Shown: positions 1 through 12,949 of the stretch, piece by piece
Layout of the letters: each line of letters begins with the position of its first letter
Position numbering within the stretch: position 1 is the stretch's first letter
Assembly (NCBI RefSeq): GCF_009914755.1
Contig: NC_060933.1
Direction: 5' to 3' (one strand)
DNA: 64,000 nucleotides
Source of the DNA: the human T2T-CHM13v2.0 reference genome, Homo sapiens
The notes under the pieces: model-generated
The model's input: only the letters and a program-made list of their open reading frames with translations
Told to the model about the DNA's origin: nothing
Databases searched by the model: none
Made by a program: the position numbers and the translations under genes

Positions 1-639
1 TTTTATGTTTCACTTTCTCTTACTCTTCTCTGACTCTGCAAATCTTCTTTATCTTCCAAAGCCAAGAAAAAGCTTCCATAAAGTTATTTCTAACTGAATA
101 CAGCTCAGCCCCCATATCTAACTAGATTAAGCACTATTTGAAACTAGAAACTATTTTCTAAAATTTGGCACAATATTTGGTACAATGTTGCTCAACAGTC
201 TTTAGTGCAATATTTAATATAATATCCCAGAAGGAAAATATTCCTTCATTTCCAGCAGATTAAGAAAAAAATAGTGTTAAGAAGAAATATTTAAATTACT
301 ACATAGGTTGAATAGTAGCAGACTAAGGGGTGGGGTGAGATAAATTCTGCCTGGGTAAGGTATTCTAGTTTCTCAATAAATAGTCAAGGGTCCATGTCAC
401 TCCACATAAAGCTTTCTGTCTTATTGGAACATATTAATCTGACTATGCCCTCAACATCATGATATCTGGTTTTTATTTCAAGATGTATTTCCCAAGTCAT
501 GTTTTCCTGTCTGTGACCACGTTGAATAACCAGTGCCAATCAAATCCCTGCATACATACTGGAGAAAAGGGCTGAAAAGCCTTATTTGTTGGAAAACTTA
601 GATGGTCGCTAACTTATAAAACTACAGGCCTTTGTATTT

Positions 640-769
640 CAGTGCCTTGCTACCGACAATGTGGTCCTACAACCAGCAGTTGTGGCATCACTTGGTAGCC
701 AAATGTGCTTCTTTGACCCCACCTCAGATCTACTGAATCCCCGGGCACGGGAAAGATTGAGGAACACTG
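640..769. mobile_element. MER5A-like hAT-Charlie MITE, internally deleted
   Basis: CAGTG...CACTG ends; 'ccccacctcagatctactgaatc' core. Confidence 0.65.
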
Positions 770-2659
770 TGGTGGAGCTTGGGACTACAAACAAAAAATT
801 AGGCTCTACTTAGAGACTGGTCAGTTTTGTCTGGCTAATTTTGATTCACCACAAATACAGACCTTCTTCAGAAGGCATCAGGCTGACCATATATAAACTT
901 GACCTTCTTTCTGGACACCTGGGACTGTCCAATAATGCTAGGATGTAGCTGGGGCTCTTTCATGTGATGGGCCATTGGCCTATGGGCTAGTCTATGAAAT
1001 GTATTAGGTAGGTCATGATATGGTAACAGTCTCAAAGGAAACATTTTAAGGTGTTTGAATGGGTAAATTCTTTGATTCCTTAGGCTTAATGGGTTAAAGA
1101 AGATGAATTGGGAAAAAGCACTTACATGTTCTCAAATTATTCAGAAACCATGTATCAACAAAAGCAATGAATAGATATAGAAGTAATTGATCTGTATGAT
1201 AATTGTCACCATGGGTATAAATGGAAGCATGTAATTTTTATTTATTTACTAGACATTTGAGCATGTGGACCAAGCACTCTGATGGATACATTTTATAGAT
1301 TATCCAATTGCACTGCAGAATTATTCTTCAAGATTGAGGTTTCTATGCACATTCTACACATAAGACAATAGTTTCAGGGAGGCTGGATTTTAAATCCAGT
1401 TTAAATCCTATATAACTGTAACTCCAAAGTCCATCTTTCCACACTATTATAAGGTGCTACTCTGTGATAATTTTAGTATCGTTTATGTGGCTATCACAAT
1501 TTCTGTTTCAAATGAAAATACTAATTTTTCCAAGTTTAAGACAATATATATTTTTTCTATAAAGTCAAATAGGAAAATCACTTGAAATATGAAAAAGATA
1601 CACACATGAATCCACAGATATAATACAAATATGCAAAGTATATATATATATATTTTGTAATTGCTCTAACCCCCAAATAATTTGTAATGTTCAAATTTTT
1701 TTAAACTTTAATTTTTTCCCCTAAAACAAATCGTTTTGACCATTATTTTTTCTATAACCTTTTTGATGTTATATTTAATGAGGAAGATTCCATCATTGTA
1801 TTTAAAAGCCTCAGTTCACTCAACCACCCCTGGATGAGGCAATAGGCTAAAGCTTAGTGAGTGAGTATCCCCTTTGTGTAAGTTTTTTCTCCTAACAATA
1901 GATGAATATTTAATGGTAAAGGAGCCCAGGGCTTTTTAGTCTTTTGTTTCTCCAAATTCTAACATACCTACTTATCCTACTGACTCAATGGAACTTGTGA
2001 TAAAAATCTATTCACTTATAGAAACTAAATTCTTATATTAATCAGATCACTGGATTCTATTCATTTATAGAAACTAAATTCTAGATCACTGGATTATTTA
2101 CTTTAGAATCTTACAAATAGGAATTTTTAAGTCTATTTTAACTTCCTTATCTTAAAATCAATGAGGTATTCCAGCTCAATTTTTGAGTCTTTGGTTGAAT
2201 TGTGAAGATGTCCTAATGGAGGAAAGTACTGCCCAACAATTAGGCATTAGGTATCTTAGGTATTCTCTCCTCTCTTCAGATCTATCAATCAATCATCCAT
2301 CAATCCATCAACAAAATAAGAAAAGTGCTTCACTTTTAGTTAGATAGATAAATAATCACAACAAAAAACATAGAATTCCATTCTTTTTTGAAATGGGAGA
2401 CCAAGTCAAAACTGATTTGAATATATCTCTTGGCATCCATATACCAAATATGAAAAAAAGGGCAACTACTTTTAAGTACTCATTAAACTCAAAGACAAAT
2501 ACAAAATATAATGGGATTAAGATAAAACAAAGTATTACCTCAGTTGCCGCTTATTTTAGGGCCTTTAGATTTCAATATGTTACACTGCCTAAGTCCTAAG
2601 ATTTTCCTACTTGGATGTCTTGAGATGAACAGGAAAATCCAAGACTGTCCAACTTACTT

Positions 2660-2780
2660 GGACTGTAAACTCCATGAGGTCCGGGATCAAGTCCTCTTTG
2701 TTCTTTTTGGCATTGCCAGGTACCCATCTCAAGTTTTAGCTGATAGCAACGTTCACTAACTTTTAGTTAATTGAATTTAC
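2660..2780 (+). mobile_element. L2 3' end fragment
   Basis: 'gactgtaaactccatgagg...' resembles the L2 terminus. Confidence 0.55.
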
Positions 2781-2898
2781 TTTTGGCTTAGTGAATGAGT
2801 CAAGAATAGCGTTTGGTTTCAAATTGACAGCACGCATCAGTGTAAAACCTTTATTGTGAAAGAACAGAGCCTCTAAGCTTAATGTCTAGACTCCAGAG

Positions 2899-3125
2899 CA
2901 GGATTTCTCGGCAGTTGTCCTGTTGGCATTTTGGGCCAGATAATTCTTTGTCATGGGGCTGTCCTGGTCACTGCAAGATGTTTAGCAGCATCTCTGGCCT
3001 CTACTCACTAGATGCCTGTAGAGCCACCGCTTCTCACCAAGGTAGTGACAACTTAAAATATCCCTAGACATTGCCAAATGTCCCCGGGGTGAGGGGAGCA
3101 AAATTGCCCCAGTTTAGAATCACTG
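2899..3125 (+). mobile_element. MER20 hAT-Charlie transposon
   Basis: 'gggccagataattctttgt...gatgtttagcagcatc...agacattgccaaatgtccc'; degenerate 8-bp TSD ctccagag/ctctagaa. Confidence 0.9.
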
Positions 3126-3824
3126 CTCTAGAACAAGACCCAAAGGGCAGGAAGAAATTCACAACCAAAGATCCAGAAGCTTAAACAAACAATGAACAGA
3201 GAACTATGCAAGGAAGAGGGAAAGATGATCTTTGGATAAGAGAGAGAGAGACCTTTACTGATAATAAAGTCTACAAAGAAAACTGAGTGCCTAGGGGAAT
3301 AATTGGGCTTTAACAACTGAAATACGAAGTTTGCCGCAAAGGAAACTCAGGACATTTTAGGACCCCATGCTACGATTAGGGGGTCAGAGTAACCGATGAC
3401 TTGCAGAGGATTTAGGGGAGTGCTGGTTATAACTGTGGGATGGCTGTGGAGATGAAGGATTCAGGAGGAAAAAATGGTAGGAATGTATAAGAATTTCAAA
3501 GTGGACAGAGAACTGTATATAGGAATCAAGAGGTGTGCAGATTGAGGAAAGCCAAAAATGTAGAACATTTGTTATTTTTCCTCATGTCTTTAATTCTCAG
3601 CATGGCCGGTAAACTGTTTCTAGACATGAAAACTGGGCAACACAAAAACAGGATGATTTCATTCTCACTGGGAGTTAGATTGCTTTTAAACACCAAACTG
3701 GCACAGCATTGTCACCTAGGAAGGTGTGCAGATGGGAAGTAATCTTACTCAATAAAATCTAGGTCTAAAGAGGATACTTTATTCCTGTGCCCTGAAAATG
3801 CTATCCTTTCTATTTTATACTTAC

Positions 3825-4009
3825 CTGAGGGCCTTGAGTGACTCCTGGGGTCAGAGGATTTCCAAGGATATACTTCTTAGCCCGCTCAACACTCCTTCGA
3901 ACAAACTCATCATAAATTGATTCTTCCACAAAAATCCTGGATGCGGCTATACAACACTGGCCCTGGTGGTAGAATACCCCATGGTGTGCAAATTCAACAG
4001 CATTGTCCA
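3825..4009 (-). CDS. ALDH1A1: ALDH1A1 exon 9 (GQCCIA; catalytic Cys303 at 3951-3953)
   Basis: CAG|TG GAC...CAG|GTAAGT; (L)[61 protein letters not shown]; 185 nt. Confidence 0.99.
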
Positions 4010-5518
4010 CTGCGAAGAAGACATTCACATTAAAGATATATTTTATAAAAATTATATATTTTATATGTTTCTCAGAGGCAACATGGAGATAAAGAAAAAT
4101 TATGAGTTGTGTAGTCAGACATGGGCTCAGTATAGTTTACCTCCTACCAGCCAGGTGGCAAATTAATCTTTCTGATCCTGCATTTACCATGGAAAAAATA
4201 GAAACATACAGAATCTGAAAAAATAGTGGTTACTATTACAACTTTAATATGGACATCACCAAGAATGTAGATTTGATCATGAGACCAAATCTCTTTGGAA
4301 ATGATTTATATAAATATCTCCAATTATATAATTAGATGATTGTGATTATTTCTTTCAGGCCCCAGATTTTAAACAGATAATAAAAAAAACCTGACATGTC
4401 TATCGAATTAAATAATTTCAAAAGATTCTTAAATACTCTACTCAACAGGAAATGTGATCTTTGTGGGAAAGAAAAACAAAATAAAACAAAAACAACTAAA
4501 AAGTAACAAAAAACACTAATACTCAGAATCACTCACTCACCTTATGATTTTATTCCATCAAAGACATTTTCAAAATCTATCTAAAGTATACCGTATTATT
4601 TCATATGTGCCTATAAACTCTTATTTATTTTAGGCGATAAAATGTGCATTAAAAGGAAGAAATAGGTTGCTTCCTTAGTAGACTCTAAACAAGAATAAAA
4701 TTTTCTTTGCATTTTAATTTTCTAAATGCTGAAGATTCAATTCAATGTTATAGCAACTGGGTATGATTATTATTTATTTTGTGAACTAATTACATCTGCT
4801 TAAGTTGTAGCAGAAGCAGTTTATAGACAGTCTTAGTAAAATTAGAAATCTTTCATGTTTATAGAATATTTCATAAGGTAGTGTGTTCTAAAATACTTCA
4901 ATTAAGATCAAAACAGCAACATAGGCTAATTCCATGAACCATTTGTATTTACAGCCTCTAACAGATAATGCAGTTGTGAAAGAAAAAAGAATGTTTGACC
5001 ATGCATTTCTGCTAATTAACTTCTATTTAGGAAATAATTGGGAAATTCTACTTGGTAATATAATCAGAATGAACCTAAAATATTATATAGTGGGGTTATA
5101 TCAAATTTGTAGGTTTAATGTACATAAACTCCACTATACTTGCTAGGAAAAAATATTTAAATATTAGGTATAATTTTCTTCTGATCATTTCATTTAATGA
5201 GTGTATGACCCAGAGTGAAGGGAGAGGGCAAATGTGAAACTGCTGTCTCCTCAGTTGGTCTCAATCCAAGTCCCATTCTGGAGTATCTCATTAGCTCAAT
5301 GAAATGCTAATAGTCACAGATATGGAATTTAAAAAATACACCATGGCATTTAAATGCAAAATGTTTACATCATCTAGGGTTCAGCTGAGGAAATAGCAAT
5401 CTATTCTAAACGAGGAAGAAATTGTGTCTATTATCTATGTGTTATAACTTTAGGATGATTTAAGAGATTTTCAAGAGTAATTTTGGACTCTTTACACTTT
5501 GATGTTAGAAGCAAATGC

Positions 5519-5541
5519 TTTTTTTTTTTTTTTTTTTTTTT
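5519..5541. repeat. poly(T) tract (poly(A) on the gene strand), intron 8
   Basis: About 23 consecutive T. Confidence 0.95.
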
Positions 5542-5623
5542 GTAAAGTTCAAGTTCACTTTTGGCATTATCAGACACCAAAAACGATGAAGGACGAAAAG
5601 TTAACAAAGTGGTTTCTACTCAC

Positions 5624-5726
5624 AGTCGGCATCAGCTAACACAATGCAAGGGCTCTTTCCTCCAAGCTCCAGGGTCACCCTCTTCAGATTGCTTTTCCCG
5701 GCAGCTTCTTTGATCAACTTGCCAAC
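5624..5726 (-). CDS. ALDH1A1: ALDH1A1 exon 8 (LELGGKSP; general base Glu269 at 5667-5669)
   Basis: CAG|GTT...GAC T|GTGAGT; [34 protein letters not shown]; 103 nt. Confidence 0.99.
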
Positions 5727-5806
5727 CTGAAAGGGAGCATTACAAAGGAGGAGGCTTACCCTGCTCTCATGAACACAGGTTGCTTTAGCATTCTAAATTT
5801 ATGTGA

Positions 5807-5995
<189 letters not shown>

Positions 5996-7877
5996 TAAAG
6001 CTCCCTCATCCAAGCATACAGACATAAAAGGAATCAGAAAAATGCTGATTTTTCATCAGCAAGAAAGCAGAGATATAGAACACGGATAAGTGATATTGAT
6101 GGCTACGGAGGTTATTTTTAATTTTAATCAGAATATCATCTTTCTACAGATTGATCAGACTTATCATGACCCAGTCGCAACTTAGCTATTTCATTTTTTA
6201 TCCCTCTTCTGGCATCCAGATAACTCTATCCAGTCAAACTGACATATTCACTACCTCTTGAATCTCATCCTTCTTCTCATTATTTGTCCACCCCAACCTG
6301 GACTGCCTTCAAGTTCTATTTTTCTTAGGGGTCCAGCTCATATCTTAGCTTCTCCTTAAATCCTTCTCTGATGACACTAGGTCAGATGCTAGAAGAAATG
6401 ACAGGACCATTTCTTTTTCTAGTCTCCCAAAAAACCTCATGAAGTCTCCTTCAGAGTCTGATCCAGATTGTATTATTTGTATAGAAATACATTTCCCAAA
6501 TAGATTGTTAACTCTGTGGTAGCAGTAACAATAACGTATCACTGCATACCTCTCCTCATTAGTATCTATGACAGAAGGCTCATTTAATTGCGGATTGACA
6601 GTCGTCTCTCTATCTCTTTCTTTCTCTGTCTTCCCACCCAACACACACACCTTTGAACAGTGGAACTGGATGAAAGAAATGGGATCTGTGCAGCTACTTC
6701 AGTTAGCTGGAATCCTACAGTTCTGGTTTCTTCTTTAATGCTAGTTTGCCCTTTTCAGAGGAAGACTTTGTTTTCAATTATTTTTTCCTTTGTGGATCAC
6801 TTCCCATCAAGATTATTTACTATAGTTGTTTCTGGTTTTTCTATCTCTAAAAACTTGGCTGGTTCTACAATTATTTCTTTTTTATTATTTGTATGGCAGC
6901 CTTAATCCACCAACATGTTCTTTGCCTTTCTTTTTTAAAGGCAATTCACTATTTTGCTTCTTTTATTTTCTAGGTTTCTTTTTTTTACTCTGCATGTCAG
7001 ATTTTAATAAAAAGTTTCTATCCCAACTGAACAAGAGAGAAATAGATGTTTCGTGAGTGTATGTTTAGATTTTATGTGGTTACTGAACTAACTGCTACTG
7101 TGAATTACAGAATAGGGCATTAATATGCTAATGTTTTCCTCCTATTTAAATATTTTATGTTTCTAAATCAAACCCCTAAAAGATTAATAAAAAATAAATT
7201 AAAAGGAGATTTGCACTAGGGAAATCCTGTCTGAAATTTCTCTTATATGCCATTCTATAACACACTTCTTATGACCACTTTCAGAAACTGAATTTTCATT
7301 TAAGATGTTAAGGAGTTTTTAATTTTGTAGATAAAAAATTTACTTACCTGTCACCCTTTGATTTCTCTAAATTCTTTCTGAATTTTTTTTATTTGTTTAA
7401 TTTAGGTTTACGGAAGTAACTCCATTAAAGTAGATAACTTTTGCCTTGGAGAAGGTAATAAAATCAAATATATTTTTGTAAAAGCTACAAACGTCAAAAG
7501 AACTAGGATGAAGAATGGTTAGAAGTATGAATGAGAAAGAAAGTCTACACTTTTGCTTAGCACAAGTTTAGATGGCAAATAAAAGGCTTGAGTTTTCCCA
7601 AAAGTCTAGCTAAAGTCAAAACAAAGAGACATTAATTTTTGTCTCATGATTTCATTCCCTTATTTGGAGAAAAGTAAACGTTTATCATTTTTCTCAAAGG
7701 AGTATGCAATGAAGAAAAGATAAGAACTATTAAGACTATGGCTAAACAGTGTATTCCATGATACTGTGGCATTGCCATGTGGAGCAGAAGTAGCAAATGC
7801 CCATGAAAATGGTCTAGCTTATTATGTCTTGCATAATGTGGGTAGAGTTCTATTTTATATGAATCTAATGGGATATT

Positions 7878-8165
7878 GCGGTGGCTCACGCCTGTAATCC
7901 CAGCACTCTGGGAGGCTGAGGCGGGCAGATCATGAGGTCAAGAGATCGAGACCATCCTGGCTAACACGGTGAAACCCCAACTCTACTAAAAGTACAAAAA
8001 ATTAGCTGGGCGTGGTGGTGGGCGCCTGTAGTCCCAGCTACTCGGGAGGCTGAGGCAGGAGAATGGCATGAACCACGGAGGTGGAGCTTGAGCCAAGATC
8101 ACGCCACTGCACTCCAGCCTGGGTGACAGTGCACGACTCCTCTCAAAAAAAAAAAAAAAAAAAAA
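7878..8165 (+). mobile_element. AluY-like element
   Basis: Both arms present; AluY-type 'ctggctaacacggtg', 'gaatggcatgaacc', 'gagcttg'; long A tail. Confidence 0.93.
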
Positions 8166-8410
8166 TTCTTACCTTGCCTAAAGTGTTGTTAGAATGGAGG
8201 GTCTTTGCTACAATGAACACAAAGGATACAGTCTATTGTTTGCCTCTTTCATGACATTTATCAAGTTCCTTAATATCTGCCAAGCAACAAATGTGAAGCT
8301 AAAAGAAAATCCAGAAAGAAGTTCCAGGGAGTATGGAACTAAGTTTCAGGAGTTGAAAGTAGGATGGGTTTTGTGGCTCCTAAAATCGTGTTATTCACAT
8401 TTAATTCTTT

Positions 8411-8612
8411 TTTTTTTTTTTTTCATTTTTTTTTTTTTAATTATACTCTAAGTTTTAGGGTACATGTGCACATTGTGCAGGTTAGTTACATATGTATACA
8501 TGTGCCATGCTGGTGCGCTGCACCCACTAATGTGTCATCTAGCATTAGGTATATCTCCCAATGCTATCCCTCCCCCCTCCCCCGACCCCACCACAGTCCC
8601 CAGAGTGTGATA
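8411..8612 (-). mobile_element. L1HS-Ta, 5'-truncated (about 200 bp), 16-bp TSD
   Basis: L1 3'UTR end with the Ta diagnostics ACA (8531-8533) and G (8448); TSD tcacatttaattcttt at 8395-8410 and 8613-8628. Confidence 0.95.
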
Positions 8613-9049
8613 TCACATTTAATTCTTTAATACTTATTTAGAATTTCTTACTGTGATGGTTTCTGGAGATAACAATGAATAAGACTGTCTTTGAGGATAA
8701 TCAGCAAGAGAGAGAGACACATAAGGCAATAGGCATGCACTGTTATTATATGTGGTGGACAATGGGAACTCAGATGGGGTGTTTTAAAATTTAGGCTGCT
8801 CTGCTCCTGGGACTGTAGAGGCAAGGAGAAAGCCAGAGAGGGAACGTGTGGGAGCAAGTTTAGAGTAGGTTATGGCCAAGGATGAACTAAAAGCCTGGGG
8901 GAATGAAAAGATACATGGAATAATCAGGAAGAGATGGGGCAGAGTGGCAGAGATGGAGAAAAAGAAATATTGGGACAGGAAGCTTTTTTCTCACATTGTG
9001 TAAACTAGTGTGCGAAATTAAAAAGTATGGGAGGAAAGAGGAAATATGG

Positions 9050-9255
9050 CATGTACTGAGCGCTCAGTAGGGTGATAAATGTTTTACTACTCATTAGCTC
9101 ATTTAATTGTATTCTGTACAACTCAGTAAATTTGATCTCATCTCCATTTTACAAATGAAGAAACTCAAATTTAGTAAGGCTACTTAACTTTTTAAAGACA
9201 CACTGCTAGGAGGGGTAGAGTCAGAATTTAAACCAAGATATTTTCTAGACTTTTA
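9050..9255 (-). mobile_element. MIR
   Basis: 'ccattttacaaatgaagaaact' MIR core. Confidence 0.75.
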
Positions 9256-9408
9256 ATCTCCAGGGATTTTTTTAAGTAGGTAAAGTGCTCCCCCAATGTT
9301 ATAGGGGATCATGGATGAGCGAAGACAAACTGATGCTGAAGATGAGATCAGCAAACAGTAGCTCCTGGTCCAGATGACCTGGAGAAGGAGTAGGCATAGG
9401 ATCTAGAC

Positions 9409-9570
9409 CAGGGTTGTTCAATCTTTTGGCTTCCCTGGGCTACATGGGAAGAAGAATTGTCTTGGGCCACACAAAAAATACACTAACAGTAAAGATAGCT
9501 GATGAGAATGAAAAAAAAATGTGTCGGGCTACATTCAAAGCCATCCCTGGCCATGGGTTGGACAGACCTC
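9409..9570 (+). mobile_element. MER30 hAT-Charlie, internally deleted
   Basis: 'caatcttttggcttccctgggc...gaagaagaattgtcttgggccacac'. Confidence 0.8.
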
Positions 9571-10921
9571 AACAGGTACATGGATTCCCTATTGGGGAGG
9601 GTCTAGAATTCTAGGCTGAGGAATTTTCACCTTTATTCCTCTGGTATGATTTCAACCTGTGGTGTCACCATTTTTAAATGTATTGCCATATCTTGAACAT
9701 TCCCACTTGTTCTGTCTACAATAAATCTTGACTGTGGGGTTTGCTTTTCCCTATCTCAATTAGGGAGTTGCAGAATGCAAACTTTTTTTACTCTACGTCT
9801 GTGAAAAACAAAGAAGACATATATATATTTATTTACTTCATTTTAAAAAGACCAAGAAAAATAAAGTTTGATTTTCCACCATTTCTTTTTGCTATGTAAA
9901 TTTGCCTTTATTCTGGAGTAAATAATTAAGATTATAAAATAATCAAATTATGCTCACCACACTATCTGGAATGTCTTTTTTGCTTCTCAACTTCCAGGAA
10001 GTTAAAAAAGTAACAATTCCTCAAAACCCAGAGCTAGTTCTAGTACCCATTTGGACATCATCATTCCTTCTTGTGAACCTTTTTTACAGCATTTTGTACA
10101 TGCCTTAGTACCTTATCACACCCTGCCTGGTCTCTTGTTGTCAGCAGCTTTCTAAGATGGAGTGAAGCTCACTCTTCACTGTCTATACTGTGTACCAATG
10201 AATAACATTTTTGCACTGAGCATCTAACAAAGTCACGTAATTTAATAGAATGACTCAATAATTTTTTTTGCATGGTACAGTATGCTTCCACCACTTTCTT
10301 TTGCTTAGGATAGAACATCATCAATAAATGGGGATCTATTTTCCCAAACTTCACCTTCTAGTCTGCTCTCCCTCCTGCCCGCCACTTCTCCTTTGTGGTT
10401 GGGGTCTTTTTCTTTAACCTTTAGGATGGTCAAGTTCAAGCCAGAGAGGCAGAAAAGTTAGTCTAGGTACCACTGAGGGAAGCTGAGTTTCTGGCTCTCT
10501 TTCACAGTGTCCAGGAGAAAGACAACCCCAAATAAGGTGCAAAGGGTGAGACTCTACTATTTAATTTTCATAACCTATAGGATAAAATCATATTCATTCA
10601 TACAAATCACTATGGCCTAATTTTCTATTATAAATCTTCCTAATAATATGACAAGGTCTCAGCAGCCATATTTCTCGTCAGAGAAAGTAATGAACATACT
10701 AAAAATAGTTTACTCTCATTCTGATTTAAAATAGGTGCATCATGTCATTCAAACTACATCTGCTTATATTCTATCCATATGTTTGAAGGCTAAAATAAGT
10801 AACAAATCATTAAAAAGAGTTTTTGTTTTAAAATTGTTGGCTCAAAAATAGTTACATAAAACATACTTCATAGCTGGCAATGCAGACATTCTTAACTTTT
10901 GCCCTGAGTAAATAATATTAC

Positions 10922-11035
10922 CTCTGTTGATCCTGTGAAGGCTACTTTGTCTATATCCATGTGAGAAGAAATGGCTGCCCCTGCTGTAGGCCCATAACCA
11001 GGAACAATATTCACTACTCCAGGAGGAAACCCTGC
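10922..11035 (-). CDS. ALDH1A1: ALDH1A1 exon 7 (FTGSTE NAD-binding motif)
   Basis: TAG|GCA...GAG|GTAATA; [38 protein letters not shown]; 114 nt. Confidence 0.99.
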
Positions 11036-12386
11036 CTAAAAGATAAAAAGTTTAAAAGTTACAGTATAAGAATTTAATTCAAAAAGGAGGAGAGTAGGGG
11101 ATTGAGATTGTCTCTTAATGCCAACCTTATGAGATGCTCTAGAAAAAAATAATTCACCCAACTGGCTCTATTCTTTAGTCTTATTATGTCATTTCTAAGC
11201 ACACATAAGAGAATAACTTCAAGGGTTGCATTATTAAAGGACAATTTCTTGTCAGGGTAAGTCCATACTCTATGAATCATTGCTCCAGTGATGGCTCTTT
11301 CAAATTTCATAATGCTAACTCAAAAAGATTGTATGTAAAAAAGTGTTTGGTAAGTTACTTATGTAGAAAGTAAGTAACATGTTTATTATTCCCATCAGCA
11401 AAAATAAGAAGCTGAAGGGATCTAACATTTTTTAGTTCCTAGCTGTTGTTGATTGTTGAGGGCATAACTGCTGAGTTGCAAATTCCCATTGGCATTACTT
11501 AGTAAATTGTTAAGTAAATACTGTCATCCCATTCATGATTCAACATCACAGGTTGATTTCAATCTTCATTAAAGAATTCAGGTGAAGGCATGGGAACTGA
11601 GTTGGGCACATTACAATTTCATGTTATTTGCATCGAAATGTTTCATTTTGACATCTCTTTTCCCTGTTTTTAATTTCAATAAATAATATCTTTAAAAGAT
11701 AAGTTCAGTTTTGTAACTTTAAGTTTCTAGTGATTAACATTTATTTTTTAAGATTTGGTAAGATGAAGAAAAAAGGACAATGAATTGTTTGCAAGTATAT
11801 TAACACAATCTAGATAGCTGATGAAAATGTTTTACATGTTCTTTTACTGTTTTTGAACAGGAAGATAAATGCAGAGGAACTCATAATAGAAAACTGAATA
11901 TAAACATATCCACTCATGAGTAGATTGAAAAGTGTTTGGAAATAATGTGGCCCAATATTACAAACAAGCATATTGGCATAGAGGCCCTTTCAACCTTACA
12001 TAGATTAGTTTACACAATTTTGCAGAAAACACTAGGCCATCAGTGGCAGGTACAAACCAACTTAATGTTTCAACATTTGAAAGAATGCTACATTAATTTC
12101 AACATGAATTTATGTTCATGAGAGTTGGACAAAGAAGCAAAAATGTGATCCCAAGTTGACTGTTTGACACCAAACCTTTGTGTTTGGCTTCCTGTCTGCA
12201 TTTGGGCAGAGATGAATTTGGGGTGACTGCCAGAAATTGCAGCCAGCCGTCATGCTAAATGTATTCCCCCCACTGGACAGGAGCCATCTGTAAATAATGT
12301 ACTTTATAGTAGCAACAAATGAGGTCTTCCTATTGTAATTTAGGATTCTTGAGTTCTTGAGCATATTTTGATTTCGGGAGACTTAC

Positions 12387-12515
12387 CTCTTTTATTAAAG
12401 ATGCCACGTGGAGAGCAGTGAGAGGAGTTTGCTCTGCTGGTTTGACAACCACTGTGTTTCCACAGCTCAGTGCAGGCCCTATCTTCCAAATGAGCATAAC
12501 CAACGGGAAATTCCA
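12387..12515 (-). CDS. ALDH1A1: ALDH1A1 exon 6 (WNFP and KPAEQTP cofactor-binding motifs)
   Basis: TAG|TGG AAT...GAG|GTAAGT; [43 protein letters not shown]; 129 nt. Confidence 0.99.
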
Positions 12516-12949
12516 CTAGAAAGCAATATGTAACAATAGATTCTTTGTATTGCAAAAGGCATATTTGCTAATCCAACTTCCATATTATACACCCCCTGTA
12601 GATGTTATGTAATAATTGCGTAGTTTTGTGAAATCATCTGGCATATTATACTTCATTGCTAAAAGCAACTAGTAAATGCTAAAACGCTCTGAATAAACCA
12701 GATATGAGATATGAGAAGGAAATAGGAGAGAACCTCAAAATTTAATCAAGTACTGTTGAGTTCTTTTTCTACCAGGAAAAAAAAAATCACTGCATGGTTT
12801 GGCTTATTATGGAGCACACTGTAAGTTATCTAAAAATGTTTAAAAAGGATGATTACTCTCCTTCTCCATAAGTCATTTATTGTAATTATTTACCCAATAA
12901 TATTATTTAGTAGCTTTTATTTCCAGGAAAAATACCTTGCTAAAGACAA

